Part shown: piece by piece, positions 18,205-28,694 of the stretch | How the letters are laid out: the number at the start of each line of letters is the position of its first letter | How positions within the stretch are numbered: the stretch's first letter is position 1 | NCBI GenBank assembly: GCA_964371615.1 | Contig: CAYJMS010000001.1 | Location: forward strand, 688,436-752,435 | Origin: an uncultured Chitinophagaceae bacterium | GTDB lineage: Bacteria; Bacteroidota; Ignavibacteria; UBA10030; UBA8401 | Direction: 5' to 3' | DNA length: 64,000 nucleotides | Notes under the pieces: model-generated | Seen by the model: only the letters and a program-made list of their open reading frames with translations | What the model was told of the DNA's origin: nothing | The model's database searches: none | Program-made: the position numbers and the translations under genes

Positions 18205-19979
18205 TGGCAATGCAGGACGACGAAATACTCGGTAAAGCGTACGACGCTCAATTGATGCGCCGGTTGATCAAGTATCTGACGCCGTACCGGTGGCAAGTGG
18301 TTTTGGCGATCGGTCTTGCGCTGGCGGTGTCGGGACTGGAAGCGGTCCGACCGTACTTCACCAAGATCGCCGTCGACGTGTACATCGCCAACGGCGACAA
18401 GCAGGGATTGCTGTTACTGACCGTTTTGTTTTTCTTTTTGCTTGTCGTACGAGGCGTGGTGCAATATTATAATGCGTACGTAACGCAAAAAATCGGCCAG
18501 CATACTATCTTCGATTTACGAATGGAGCTCTTTGCCCACCTGCAGCGGCTGTCGTTGAGATTCTACGACAAAAATCCGATCGGCCGGTTGATCACCCGCG
18601 TCACCAACGATGTGGAAGTTCTCAACGAAATGTTCTCCTCCGGTATTGTGATGGTCTTCAGCGACGTCTTTATGATTATTGGCATCGTCTGGTTCATGTT
18701 CACCATGAACTGGCAGTTGGCGCTCATATCGTTGAGCGTGCTGCCGTTCCTGTTTTACGGAACATTTCTCTTCCGGAAAAAAGCAAGAGAATCATACCGC
18801 GAAGTTCGCCTCTATATTGCCAGGATCAACACGTTTATGCAAGAGCATATCACGGGAATGCTGGTGGACCAGATCTTCAACCGCGAAAAGAAAGCATTCG
18901 AAGAATTTGATAAGCATAATGCCGGCCATCGCGAAGCAAACATCCGGTCGATATTCTATTACGCCGTCTTTTATCCGAGCGTTGATTTGATTGGAGCGGT
19001 GGCGGTGGGGTTGATCATCTGGTATGCGGGGGGAAGCGCACTGGATGGAGCCGTCACGATCGGAACGGTAATGGCATTTCTTCAGTTCAACGAAATGTTC
19101 TGGAGACCGATTCGCGATCTGTCGGAGAAATACAATATTATGCAGACGGCAATGGCATCGTCCGAACGGATATTTAAACTTCTTGACGATACTTCATTTA
19201 TTGCTGAAACGGATTTCCCGAAAGAATTTCATGATGTGAAAGGGAAGATCGAATTCCGCCACGTCTGGTTTGCATATAACAACGAGGATTGGGTGTTGAA
19301 GGATATTTCTTTCACAATCGAACCGGGACAGACAGCCGCGTTTGTCGGCCACACCGGTGCCGGGAAAACGACGATCATCAATCTTTTGTCACGTTTTTAC
19401 GATGTGCAGAAAGGTGAGATCTTGATCGACGATGTGAATATAAAAGATGTTGCACTGGGTGCCCTGCGACGTCATATTGCCGTCGTACTGCAGGATGTGT
19501 TTCTCTTTTCCGGCGATATCAAGGGGAATATCAATCTCGGCAAGGTAGAAATTTCTCTGGAGAAGATAAAAGAAGCAGCGGCGATTGTCGGTGTCAACCG
19601 GTTTATCGAATCGATGCCGAAACAATATGACGAAGAAGTGAAAGAACGCGGATCCACACTTTCCGTAGGACAAAAGCAGTTGTTATCGTTTGCACGGGCA
19701 CTTGCTTTCGATCCGCGGATTCTGGTGCTGGACGAAGCCACGTCAAGCGTGGATACGGAGACGGAATTGCTGATCCAATCGGCGATCCAGAAATTACTGG
19801 CCCATCGAACGGCCATCGTGATTGCCCACCGGTTATCGACGATTCAGAGTGCGGATAAAATTATCGTAATGCACAAAGGAGAGATCAGGGAAATGGGGAC
19901 GCATCAGGAACTGCTGGGAATGAAGGGCGTGTATCACAAGCTGTATCTGCTTCAGTACAAGGAACAGGAGGCGGCATAA
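18204..19979 (+). CDS. ABC exporter, fused permease-ATPase, subunit 2 (heterodimer partner)
   Basis: Walker A GHTGAGKTT, signature LSVGQKQL, Walker B LVLDEATS. Start overlaps the previous stop. Confidence 0.9.
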   Translation: MAMQDDEILGKAYDAQLMRRLIKYLTPYRWQVVLAIGLALAVSGLEAVRPYFTKIAVDVYIANGDKQGLLLLTVLFFFLLVVRGVVQYYNAYVTQKIGQHTIFDLRMELFAHLQRLSLRFYDKNPIGRLITRVTNDVEVLNEMFSSGIVMVFSDVFMIIGIVWFMFTMNWQLALISLSVLPFLFYGTFLFRKKARESYREVRLYIARINTFMQEHITGMLVDQIFNREKKAFEEFDKHNAGHREANIRSIFYYAVFYPSVDLIGAVAVGLIIWYAGGSALDGAVTIGTVMAFLQFNEMFWRPIRDLSEKYNIMQTAMASSERIFKLLDDTSFIAETDFPKEFHDVKGKIEFRHVWFAYNNEDWVLKDISFTIEPGQTAAFVGHTGAGKTTIINLLSRFYDVQKGEILIDDVNIKDVALGALRRHIAVVLQDVFLFSGDIKGNINLGKVEISLEKIKEAAAIVGVNRFIESMPKQYDEEVKERGSTLSVGQKQLLSFARALAFDPRILVLDEATSSVDTETELLIQSAIQKLLAHRTAIVIAHRLSTIQSADKIIVMHKGEIREMGTHQELLGMKGVYHKLYLLQYKEQEAA

Positions 19980-19985
19980 TCACTG

Positions 19986-20012
19986 GGGCACTGCATCGTG
20001 TGCCCGTTTTGT
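19986..20012 (+). terminator. Rho-independent terminator after the ABC exporter pair (GGGCAC-8nt-GTGCCC followed by GTTTTG)
   Basis: 6-bp GC-rich stem then a T-run, 7 nt after the stop. Confidence 0.55.
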
Positions 20013-20079
20013 GTCTCCTCATCTTTTTTAATACTTTCAATCACGTGTCGCTTTAGTCACCGAACGTCCGGAGAATGTC

Positions 20080-21090
20080 ATGAATATCGACAAATCGAAA
20101 ATTGTTACGCTCGAACGCCATATCATCGAAATGGAACGCCAGCACCCCGGCGCAACAGGAAATTTTTCCAATATACTCCGGGATTTATCCCTGGCGATCA
20201 AGATCGTCTGGCGCGAAGTGAGCAAGGCCGGCCTGGTCAACATTCTTGGTGCTGCCGGCACGCAAAACGTCTCTGGTGATGCGGTAAAAAAGCTCGATGT
20301 CTTTGCCGATGAGACGATCTACAAGGCGATGGATCACGGGGGTCACCTCTGTGCTATGGCATCGGAAGAGCACGAGAGTATCATCCACATTCCCGATCAA
20401 TATCCGAAAGGGAAGTATGTGCTGTTGTATGATCCGTTGGACGGATCCGGGAATATCGACGCTAACGTCAGTATCGGAACTATCTTCTCCATCTATCGGC
20501 GTGTGTCAAAGAGCGGGGACGGTACCATCACGGATTTGCTTCAACCGGGATATAAACAGATCGCCGCTGGATATGTCGTTTTCGGTTCCAGTACGATGCT
20601 GGTCTATACGAGCGGAGACGGCGTTCACGGTTTCACGCTCGATCCGAGCATCGGCGAGTTCCTGTTATCCCATGAGGATATCAAGATGCCTAAGCGGGGA
20701 AAAATCTATAGTGTGAACGAGGGAAATTACAAATGGTGGGACGCCGGCGTCAAAAAGTATATCAAATACCTTCAGGAAGAAGATAAAGCCACTGGACGGC
20801 CGTATTCCACCCGGTATATTGGTTCGCTGGTAGCGGATTTCCATCGAACCTTGTTGTATGGAGGTATCTATTTATATCCCGGCGATTCACGAAATAAAAG
20901 CGGAAAATTACGGTTGATGTATGAGAATAATCCGTTGGCGTATATCTGTGAACAAGCAGGAGGCAGAGCGATCGACGGGACGAAGCGGATTCTCGATGTA
21001 ATCCCCACCGAACTGCATCAGAGGACACCGGTATTTATCGGCAGTGAAGAAGATGTCACGATGTGCGAGAAGTTTCTGCGGGAAGGTTAG
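20080..21090 (+). CDS. fbp: Fructose-1,6-bisphosphatase class I
   Basis: 336 aa with [10 protein letters not shown] and GGIYLYPGD FBPase motifs. Confidence 0.93.
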   Translation: MNIDKSKIVTLERHIIEMERQHPGATGNFSNILRDLSLAIKIVWREVSKAGLVNILGAAGTQNVSGDAVKKLDVFADETIYKAMDHGGHLCAMASEEHESIIHIPDQYPKGKYVLLYDPLDGSGNIDANVSIGTIFSIYRRVSKSGDGTITDLLQPGYKQIAAGYVVFGSSTMLVYTSGDGVHGFTLDPSIGEFLLSHEDIKMPKRGKIYSVNEGNYKWWDAGVKKYIKYLQEEDKATGRPYSTRYIGSLVADFHRTLLYGGIYLYPGDSRNKSGKLRLMYENNPLAYICEQAGGRAIDGTKRILDVIPTELHQRTPVFIGSEEDVTMCEKFLREG

Positions 21091-21107
21091 CATTCCAACG
21101 AACCGCA

Positions 21108-21141
21108 ATAAAAAACCCCCGTTTTTTGCGGGGGTTTTTCT
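21108..21141. terminator. Bidirectional rho-independent terminator (AAAAACCCCCG-TTTTTTG-CGGGGGTTTTT) between convergent fbp and the TPR lipoprotein gene
   Basis: Perfect GC stem flanked by A- and T-runs. Confidence 0.8.
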
Positions 21142-21158
21142 TGTACCACTATTAAATG

Positions 21159-22004
21159 TTAACGCAAACGAGCACGGGCGCGGCTTACCCATTCGCTGGT
21201 CGGATACATATCGACCAGTTTTTGATATTCGGTCAATGCCTGTTCTTTGTTTCCCATTCGTTCATATGCGCGTGCGATCATGATCTGAGAATCGTCCTTT
21301 TTCTCGGAGAAACGATAATTCATAACCTGTTGAAAATGTTTGATTGCTGAATCATATTCTTTGGTTTGGAAATAGCTCAATCCAATCCAGTAATGGCAGT
21401 TATCGGCGTAGTCGTCTTTAATTCCGCTGTTCAGCAATGTCTGCAATTCGCTGATGGCGTCGGAATAGGATTTTGCATTGAATTTGCTGACGGATGATTT
21501 ATAAGCGCTGATTTCTTCGGGAGTCGATTTACCCGGTGCGGTTGGTTTTGTTTTCTCTTGTACTACGGCCGGTTTTTCCGCCTGCATTTTTTGGAGTGCG
21601 AGATTTGCGGCTTCCAGATCGGAGACCTTGGCCATCATGTCACGGTTCGCCTGTTCGGTGGCAGCGAGTTGATCTTTTAATTGAATGTTCTCCGTTTTCA
21701 TTGCATCAAGTTCACTTTGCAATTGATCGCGTGACGGGCCTTCGGGCTGTTCTATCGGTTCCGTCGACTGCGGCGGTACTTCCTGCGCCGGTTCTTCCGC
21801 TATCTGCTCCGTTGTGTCTGTCTGTTCTTCTGTCCCTTCTGCCGGCACCTCTTCCTCGGCTCCTTCATCATAATAACCGATATCGGTCACCATTTCATCT
21901 TCGGCCATCGCTTCCTCCGAACCGCCGCATCCGACATACAACAGCGAAAATGCGAACATGCTCAAAAAGACCAGGAAAGGGCGTGCATAGGTTGAACGGT
22001 TCAT
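21159..22004 (-). CDS. CpoB/YbgF-like lipoprotein: lipobox, acidic Pro/Glu-rich spacer, coiled coil, C-terminal TPR repeats
   Basis: GGAGGA RBS then MNRSTYARPF. Lipobox YVGC. Coiled-coil LQSELDAMKTENIQLKDQL. C-terminal TPR-like WIGLSYFQTKEYDSAIKHFQ. Confidence 0.6.
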   Translation of the reverse strand: MNRSTYARPFLVFLSMFAFSLLYVGCGGSEEAMAEDEMVTDIGYYDEGAEEEVPAEGTEEQTDTTEQIAEEPAQEVPPQSTEPIEQPEGPSRDQLQSELDAMKTENIQLKDQLAATEQANRDMMAKVSDLEAANLALQKMQAEKPAVVQEKTKPTAPGKSTPEEISAYKSSVSKFNAKSYSDAISELQTLLNSGIKDDYADNCHYWIGLSYFQTKEYDSAIKHFQQVMNYRFSEKKDDSQIMIARAYERMGNKEQALTEYQKLVDMYPTSEWVSRARARLR

Positions 22005-22075
22005 GATTCCTCCAATGAATTGTCGTAGTGTAGTCAAATATCGTATAATGAATGTATTAAGAGAGGATTTTAAAG

Positions 22076-23005
22076 TCAAGGAACCTTTTTGATTATGGCA
22101 TATATCTGCTGTCCCAGCTGCTGTTGAATGATCCCTATCACTTTATCCGGTACGCCGTCAAAATACTTGGATTGGGGGCGCATATCGCATATTTCATTGA
22201 CATAGTCAACAGCGACAAATTTTCCATCCGGCGTCAGTGCAATTTCTGACGAGAAAAAGTCAAGCCGGCAAATCCGCTGCATGATATTGGCAATCTGCTT
22301 GAGCCGTGCAAGTTTGAATTTTTTTTCTTCATTGTCGGTCATCACATGGTATATATGCGTCTCGTTGTTCCACCAGCAGGGGATGGTCAATCCGAATGCG
22401 TAAAAGACCCGGAACCATCCACGCTTCGAGTCGAGCACGACGGGATGGATGGTCTCCTGCAGCAAATACTTATCGTTGATGTGGCTTTTACGTGAAGTGA
22501 TGATCTCCTTCAGCGTTTCGGCACCCAGCACAACGCCGATACCGCCGCCGGTGGTGTTTGCCGGTTTAATGATAAACGGCCGACCCAAATGCGCGAGCTC
22601 AGTCAGGCTCAGTTCCACTTCCTTCTTTGTACTGTAGGGTGAGATGATGATTGTGTAGGGAACATGAATGCCTTCGCCGAGACACGCAACATGCATGTTG
22701 GCCTTATCCTTGGCATAGTCCGTCTGTTCGTACGTATTAAAAACATGCGTTCCCGATCCGGCGATCAGTTCACCCAACGGAAGGAAATTTTTGTCATCAT
22801 CGGATGCGCGATCGAGGTAGGTTTTAAAGGCGATCTTTCCGGAACGAAATTTTCTCGTAATCTCTTTTACATTGTACTGCTCAATGCGAAACGTCGTCAG
22901 ACCGAGGTGATGGCACTCCCGTTCGATGCCATGGATGAAATCGGCGTCGTATTCCCAATTCCACGCGATACCCAGATCAAAGACCGAATCCGGTTCTTTT
23001 GCCAT
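22076..23005 (-). CDS. ATP-grasp domain protein (RimK-like fold), function unknown
   Basis: FIIKPANTTGGGIGVVLG and DYVNE motifs typical of ATP-grasp ligases. Start ambiguous: 23005, or up to 23158 if upstream in-frame codons are used. Confidence 0.55.
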   Translation of the reverse strand: MAKEPDSVFDLGIAWNWEYDADFIHGIERECHHLGLTTFRIEQYNVKEITRKFRSGKIAFKTYLDRASDDDKNFLPLGELIAGSGTHVFNTYEQTDYAKDKANMHVACLGEGIHVPYTIIISPYSTKKEVELSLTELAHLGRPFIIKPANTTGGGIGVVLGAETLKEIITSRKSHINDKYLLQETIHPVVLDSKRGWFRVFYAFGLTIPCWWNNETHIYHVMTDNEEKKFKLARLKQIANIMQRICRLDFFSSEIALTPDGKFVAVDYVNEICDMRPQSKYFDGVPDKVIGIIQQQLGQQIYAIIKKVP

Positions 23006-23149
23006 TGATTGCACCGAAGGTTCGTTTCCGTTATTACTGTCCGGTGCAATATAAAAAATCGGGGGTTTCTTTGCACTTTTATTTTTATCTTTCGCATTGC
23101 ACGAGATAGATTCCTTCGTTGTCGGTCGGAGCCGACACATCAAAAACGT

Positions 23150-23989
23150 ATGCGTCATTCGATGAGAATAGTCATAATCCTGTGTTTCATGGTATATCCT
23201 CCGTTCCTTCATTCTCAGGATGCAGCAACGGGACTGCAGTCGTTTCATCTTACTGCTGCCTCGGCAAAACAGGTGATGTTGGATAAACGATTAAAGGAAA
23301 TCTCCGGCTTGGCGGTGCACCCCGACGGCAGACTATTCGCCCATCATGATGAATATGGCGACATCTTTGAATTGGACATGAAGAACGGCCGAATCCTCAA
23401 GAGATTTACAATCGGAATTGCGGATGACTTCGAAGGATTGGCAATCGTCGGGAAGGTGTTTTATCTCGTGACAAACAGCGGTGTTGTGTACGAGTTTCCG
23501 GAAGGGCAGAACAATGAAAAAGTTCTTTCTGTTTCATATACAACTTCGTTGGATGAAAATTATGACGTGGAGGGATTGTGTTACGATCCCACAACTGCAT
23601 CCCTGCTGCTGGCATGTAAAGGCTATTCCGGACTTAAGAATACGGGATATAAAGGGATCTTCGCCTTTTCGTTGGAGTCGAAATCGTTGGATCGGGAACC
23701 GAGATTTCTGATCCCAATTAACGAATTGAAACGTCGTTTCGGAGGGAAACCTTTTCGACCCTCCGGCATAGAATATAACCATGATTCACGTACGTTTTTT
23801 GTGGTGGATTCCGAGATCCGATCTGTCATCGAAATATCACCCACAGGCGATATTGTTGCTGCGGTGTTGCTCGACCGTTCTCTTCATAAACAACCGGAGG
23901 CGATTGCATTCGATTCGCACGGTGATTTGTTGATTGGCGATGAAGGGAGCAAAAAAGGGACATTAACTCGATACAAGCGAAAACGATGA
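23150..23989 (+). CDS. Secreted beta-propeller protein, YjiK/SdiA-regulated-like (tentative)
   Basis: Signal peptide MRHSMRIVIILCFMV. Repeats such as EISGLAVHPDGRLFAHHDEYGDIFELD. Divergent from the ATP-grasp gene. Confidence 0.4.
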   Translation: MRHSMRIVIILCFMVYPPFLHSQDAATGLQSFHLTAASAKQVMLDKRLKEISGLAVHPDGRLFAHHDEYGDIFELDMKNGRILKRFTIGIADDFEGLAIVGKVFYLVTNSGVVYEFPEGQNNEKVLSVSYTTSLDENYDVEGLCYDPTTASLLLACKGYSGLKNTGYKGIFAFSLESKSLDREPRFLIPINELKRRFGGKPFRPSGIEYNHDSRTFFVVDSEIRSVIEISPTGDIVAAVLLDRSLHKQPEAIAFDSHGDLLIGDEGSKKGTLTRYKRKR

Positions 23990-25131
23990 AAAAAATATTT
24001 ATTATAATCGCCGTTTTTCTTGGCGGTTGCAGTATTCATTCGGTGTACGTGAAAGATGGAACCGCACAATTTATTCCTGCCGCTCCACAGGATTCCGTTA
24101 TACACACTCTTTTCCTGATCGGAGATGCAGGCGAACCATTACCGGACGGGCAGGAAAAGGTTCTGAATGTTTTGGCCAATGATGCTTCACGCGATCCAGG
24201 CAGAAGTACCATTATATTTCTAGGTGACAATATTTACCCCGCCGGATTGCCCGACGAAGGCCATGATGACCGAAAAGAGATGGAACGGCATTTGGACGCA
24301 CAGATCGATGTCGCACGAAAGAGCGGCGCCCGCACTATTTTCATTCCGGGGAATCATGACTGGAATAAACAACGGAAAGACGGACTTGCCGCAATCCTGC
24401 GCCAGCAGAAATACCTCGCGGATGCAGGTTCGGAATCCATTCAGATGCTCCCATCCGGCGGCCTGCCCGGCCCGTCGTTTATCGATCTACGAGACGGCAT
24501 ACGGATAATTTTTCTCGATACGCAATGGTGGTTGCATGAGTTTGAAAAACCGATTTATTCCGGTGCCCGCACCGTTGAGCAGACGAAAGCGCTTTTTCTG
24601 GATTCACTATCGTCGCTACTTAAAACCGGCCGCATGACCATTGTTGCAGCGCATCATCCGTTGGAATCTCACGGAGAACATGGCGGATTTTTTGATTGGC
24701 GGGATCATCTCTTTCCAATGCGACATGTGGCGTCATGGTTGTGGCTCCCGCTGCCGGGAATCGGTTCGGCGTACCCGCTGTCGCGAATGTGGGGTATTAC
24801 ACAGCAGGACTTTTCCGGTTCACAGTACGATGAATTGCGCCGTCAATTGGATAGTACGCTTTCCCTGCATCCGCCGATGGCGTATGTGTCGGGCCACGAA
24901 CATACACTGCAGATCTTGGAGCCGCGGTCCGGCTATTATCACCTGATCAGCGGATACGGAATGTCGGGTCATCTTGCTTCACTGTCCACGGGGGAGAACA
25001 CGATTTTTGCCCGTCGTGCGCCCGGATTCATGAGAATGGATATTTACAGAAGCGGCGGCGTGATTGTTCGCGTGGTTGAAGCAGGCAACGATACGGATGG
25101 TACGGAAATCTTTTCAATCAGGATTCGGTGA
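23986..25131 (+). CDS. Calcineurin-like metallophosphoesterase lipoprotein
   Basis: Lipobox LGGCS. GDAGEP..FLGDNIYPAG..IPGNHDW..GHEH metallophosphatase motifs. ATGA overlap with the upstream gene. Confidence 0.8.
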   Translation: MKKIFIIIAVFLGGCSIHSVYVKDGTAQFIPAAPQDSVIHTLFLIGDAGEPLPDGQEKVLNVLANDASRDPGRSTIIFLGDNIYPAGLPDEGHDDRKEMERHLDAQIDVARKSGARTIFIPGNHDWNKQRKDGLAAILRQQKYLADAGSESIQMLPSGGLPGPSFIDLRDGIRIIFLDTQWWLHEFEKPIYSGARTVEQTKALFLDSLSSLLKTGRMTIVAAHHPLESHGEHGGFFDWRDHLFPMRHVASWLWLPLPGIGSAYPLSRMWGITQQDFSGSQYDELRRQLDSTLSLHPPMAYVSGHEHTLQILEPRSGYYHLISGYGMSGHLASLSTGENTIFARRAPGFMRMDIYRSGGVIVRVVEAGNDTDGTEIFSIRIR

Positions 25132-27228
25132 GTTTTTCATTTGCAGATAATGATAGATCTCGACCTGGGATTCGACCGGCTTGTTTACTTCCGATCGTTT
25201 ATATGTATTCTTTAGATTTTTGTCGATCATCCTCGCTTTCACGGTATCCATTAACTGGATCGATATCATTTCCTTGATTTCTCTTTTTAATCCTGCATCA
25301 AATACCGGAATAGCAACTTCAATCCGGCGATTGAGATTTCTCCTCATCCAATCGGCGGAAGAAATATAGATGAGATCATTGCCGCCGTTATGAAAGAAAT
25401 AGATCCGGTCATGCTCCAGAAAACGGCCGACAATGCTCATTGCGGTGATGTTTTTGCTAAAGGTCTTTTCGCCGGCGATAATACAACAGATTCCGCGTAT
25501 CAACAGCGTCACAGTGACACCTGCACTGCTTGCTTCGTACAGCGCATCGATCAATTCACGGTCCTCTATACTGTTTGCCTTCAGAAAAATTGAACCGATT
25601 TTTCCTTTTCGTGCCTGATCTCTCTCATACCGGATCATTTCCAGAAGACGTTCACGCAGCGAGTACGGTGCTACAAGCAGATGGCTCGTTTTTATGGAAC
25701 GGGTTTTATGATTGAGGAATTTAAAAACTTCGAACATCTCTTTGGTGATACGGATATCCGATGTAAAAAGCCCATGGTCGGTATAGACCTGCGCAGTCTT
25801 TTCGTTGAAATTTCCCGTACTGAGGTAGCCGTAGCGGCGTTTTACGGTCCCTTCCGTTCTGGTAATAAGACAAAGTTTCGCATGAACTTTGAGTTTCGGC
25901 AGTCCGTACAACACTTTGGCTCCGGCATTCTTCAATTCTTCCGCCCAGAAGATGTTCGATTCTTCGTCGAATCTCGCCATCAACTCAACATAGACCACAA
26001 CTTCTATTTTATTTGCGGCTGCCGCAATCAACGCCGCAACGACTCGAGACGATGCAGCAACACGATACAGTGTGATCCTGATCTGGCTGACATTCGGATC
26101 GAGGGAAGCTTCCTCCAAAAGACGAATGACCGGTTCGTAGGAATGATACGGGTAATGCAGCATCCAATCTTTTTCCCGGATGGCAGTGAACAGCGAAGGG
26201 AATTCCAACATCGCCGTATGGTCCAATGGGGGGAGCGGATCGTATTCAGGCAGGCGCTTTTCGGGATTCGGGAAGGAAAAGAAATCGCTGAAGTTGTGAT
26301 ATTGGGCTCCGGGAATCATCTCTTTGTCCGTCAACTTCAGCGAACGCTTAAGTATCGACTGAAGCTCCGCCGGCATGGTCGCATCAAAAAGGAATCGGGA
26401 CGGCGCACCGGTTTTTCTTGTCTTGACCGCTTTTTTGATCACTTCCACGGTATCGCCCGTAAACTCATCCTCGAAATACAGTTCCGCGTCGCGCGTCAGT
26501 TTAATGCAATACGCAGTACCGATCGCGTATTGAGGGAAGATATACGGAAGATAGATACGAACAATATCATCGAGAAACATAACCTGGATTTTCTCGCCGG
26601 CGGAAGGCAAGGTGATGAATCGTGGTACCACTGCGGTCGGCAATTCGACGATGGCATGTTCACGCGGTGCGGCAGGGTCATCCTTTCTCTTCAACTGCAC
26701 TGCCAAATACAATTGTTTGTTCTGCAGAAACAGTTCGGTTCTCGGCTTCGAGACTTCATAGGTTTTAACGTGGGGAAGAATCTGCTCTTTAAAGAAATCG
26801 TTGAGAAACGGCTCATGGTCACTTTTCACCTCTTTTTCAGAGATCAAAAATACCTTATGGTCGCGCATTTCTTTGAGTAAAACATTCCGGAACGTTTCAC
26901 CGTACTCCTCCTGCTGCTTTTTCACAATCCGATTGATTTCGTCGAGCAGCGAAACCGGATCGATATCGTATTTTTTTTTGGTCTTTTTCTTGATTCGTTG
27001 CAGGCTCTTCAGTGATGCCACCCGCACGCGGAAAAATTCGTCAAGATTCGACGAATAGATTGCCAGGAACTTTAATCGCTCATACAACGGATTCCGGGTA
27101 TCCCGCGCTTCCTGCAACACCCGGTGGTTGAACGCCAGCCAGCTGACATCCCGGTTATGGTACTGCCGATCCTTAATGATAAGGGATTCCGCGAAGAACG
27201 TGAATATATCGAACTGACGCAGGTTCAT
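25114..27228 (-). CDS. ppk: Polyphosphate kinase 1
   Basis: 704 aa. N-terminal YHNRDVSWLAFNHRVLQEA and the two PLD-like C-terminal domains are present. Confidence 0.93.
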   Translation of the reverse strand: MNLRQFDIFTFFAESLIIKDRQYHNRDVSWLAFNHRVLQEARDTRNPLYERLKFLAIYSSNLDEFFRVRVASLKSLQRIKKKTKKKYDIDPVSLLDEINRIVKKQQEEYGETFRNVLLKEMRDHKVFLISEKEVKSDHEPFLNDFFKEQILPHVKTYEVSKPRTELFLQNKQLYLAVQLKRKDDPAAPREHAIVELPTAVVPRFITLPSAGEKIQVMFLDDIVRIYLPYIFPQYAIGTAYCIKLTRDAELYFEDEFTGDTVEVIKKAVKTRKTGAPSRFLFDATMPAELQSILKRSLKLTDKEMIPGAQYHNFSDFFSFPNPEKRLPEYDPLPPLDHTAMLEFPSLFTAIREKDWMLHYPYHSYEPVIRLLEEASLDPNVSQIRITLYRVAASSRVVAALIAAAANKIEVVVYVELMARFDEESNIFWAEELKNAGAKVLYGLPKLKVHAKLCLITRTEGTVKRRYGYLSTGNFNEKTAQVYTDHGLFTSDIRITKEMFEVFKFLNHKTRSIKTSHLLVAPYSLRERLLEMIRYERDQARKGKIGSIFLKANSIEDRELIDALYEASSAGVTVTLLIRGICCIIAGEKTFSKNITAMSIVGRFLEHDRIYFFHNGGNDLIYISSADWMRRNLNRRIEVAIPVFDAGLKREIKEMISIQLMDTVKARMIDKNLKNTYKRSEVNKPVESQVEIYHYLQMKNSPNPD

Positions 27229-27296
27229 AATTTACGAGGGAGAATATGGGACCGCCATGCCAAAAAATGGAATAGAATGCCGCGGTGGTAAGCGCG

Positions 27297-28517
27297 TTAC
27301 AAATAAAAGCCGTACAGAACAAAAGCCGCGAGATATGCAACGACCGAAGCGACCATACCGTACAGAAAAATATTGTAACTTATCCGAAGATAGCGATACT
27401 TTTTTCCTAGTACCTGCCCCAGATAGTAGATGTCTTTGGTTAAGGCGCCGTAGAGCAAATCCTTATCCTTCATCATTTCATTTATACCCCAATGGAAGTC
27501 GCCGTACTTCATACCGAAAAAATTACCGAAAAAAAGCAGATTGATCTTTTTCTCCGCAATCTCCTCACGCGAATACCGGCCGGACGTTATTTTCGGTCTG
27601 GTGGAAAGAATGGCAAAGACAATCGTTGCCACACAGGTTACCAGCAACAGAAACGTCGGGATTAACAGTTCGGGATTCTCGTTCAGTTTGCGCAGCAACA
27701 CTGTCATGACAATGGAGATAATGATCGAAGGGACACTGATCATAATGTTTGCCTTGTTGTCGGCGATGGAGCTTAACTCCATGTGATTCTGCGAAGCGAT
27801 ACGGAACATTGTTTCTATGCCGCGTCCCGGACGCTTTTCCTTCATCATTGTTTTTTCCGTCTTGTGCTCCTGATCGGTGCGGCGAGATTCCAGTTTGCGC
27901 AGCCGCTTTTCGAGTTTGCTCAGGTTTTGATCGCGCCGGTCGCTGTATTCCCTGATTGCATATGTCGTGTGATAGGAATGGTCTTTAAAGAAACCGATGC
28001 TCTGCCGGAGCCATTGTTCTTCGGACATTCGCCGGTCGGTCATCTTTTCCACTTCCAATCGCAGTAACTCACCCTTCTTCAGACTGTCCTTCTTTCCAAG
28101 ATGGAGCAGGTCCGCATCGCACATAATTTGTTCTAGCAAATTGTTTGGCGATTGCGGAAGTTTTGTTGCCCCAATGCATCCGATGACGGCGTCGATTTTC
28201 TCCTTCGGATACTTGGCGGAACGCAAAAACTCGGCGGCATTCAATGCACTCCGCTCCTCATGGTCTTTGGGTGATTCCAGGTATCCGGTGTCGTGAAACC
28301 ATGCCGCCAGGAGTATAATTTCTGTGTCGGTGCGCGAGAGATCCATATTCTCTGCGATTTCCGTCGCGTTGCGGACCACTTCTTCGGTATGATCGAAATT
28401 ATGATAGAGACCCGGGAATGACTTGTGTTGTTGAAAAAGTGACCGGACGTGTGTTTGTGCTTTGCGTAAAATTTCGGTGCGTAGAGTCATTGAGCGTTCC
28501 TTGAAAATTGTGAACAA
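27297..28517 (-). CDS. HD-domain phosphohydrolase fused to a C-terminal multi-pass membrane domain
   Basis: N-terminal H..HD..H..D metal-binding motifs (YHNFDH, WFHDTGY). C-terminal approx 170 aa with three or four predicted TM helices and an SSIADNKANIMISV motif. Confidence 0.7.
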   Translation of the reverse strand: MFTIFKERSMTLRTEILRKAQTHVRSLFQQHKSFPGLYHNFDHTEEVVRNATEIAENMDLSRTDTEIILLAAWFHDTGYLESPKDHEERSALNAAEFLRSAKYPKEKIDAVIGCIGATKLPQSPNNLLEQIMCDADLLHLGKKDSLKKGELLRLEVEKMTDRRMSEEQWLRQSIGFFKDHSYHTTYAIREYSDRRDQNLSKLEKRLRKLESRRTDQEHKTEKTMMKEKRPGRGIETMFRIASQNHMELSSIADNKANIMISVPSIIISIVMTVLLRKLNENPELLIPTFLLLVTCVATIVFAILSTRPKITSGRYSREEIAEKKINLLFFGNFFGMKYGDFHWGINEMMKDKDLLYGALTKDIYYLGQVLGKKYRYLRISYNIFLYGMVASVVAYLAAFVLYGFYL

Positions 28518-28694
28518 AGGTACAATAAGTGATGCCGAGAATCAATTGACAACCGGACGTTAATACCCTTTGTTTGCGCACTTTCTGAGGTCTCACTTCC
28601 GATAATGTTAGGGATCTTCCGGATTTTTCAGTAATTTTTCGTATTCATCATCGAATTTGCACAATAAATGAAGAAAAGATAGTCAAATCTCTTT

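Noticed and set aside
25681-26880. 399-aa ORF on the plus strand
   Set aside because: Antisense to ppk1 (strong PPK1 motifs on the minus strand); Arg-rich, low-complexity translation typical of a reverse-frame artefact.
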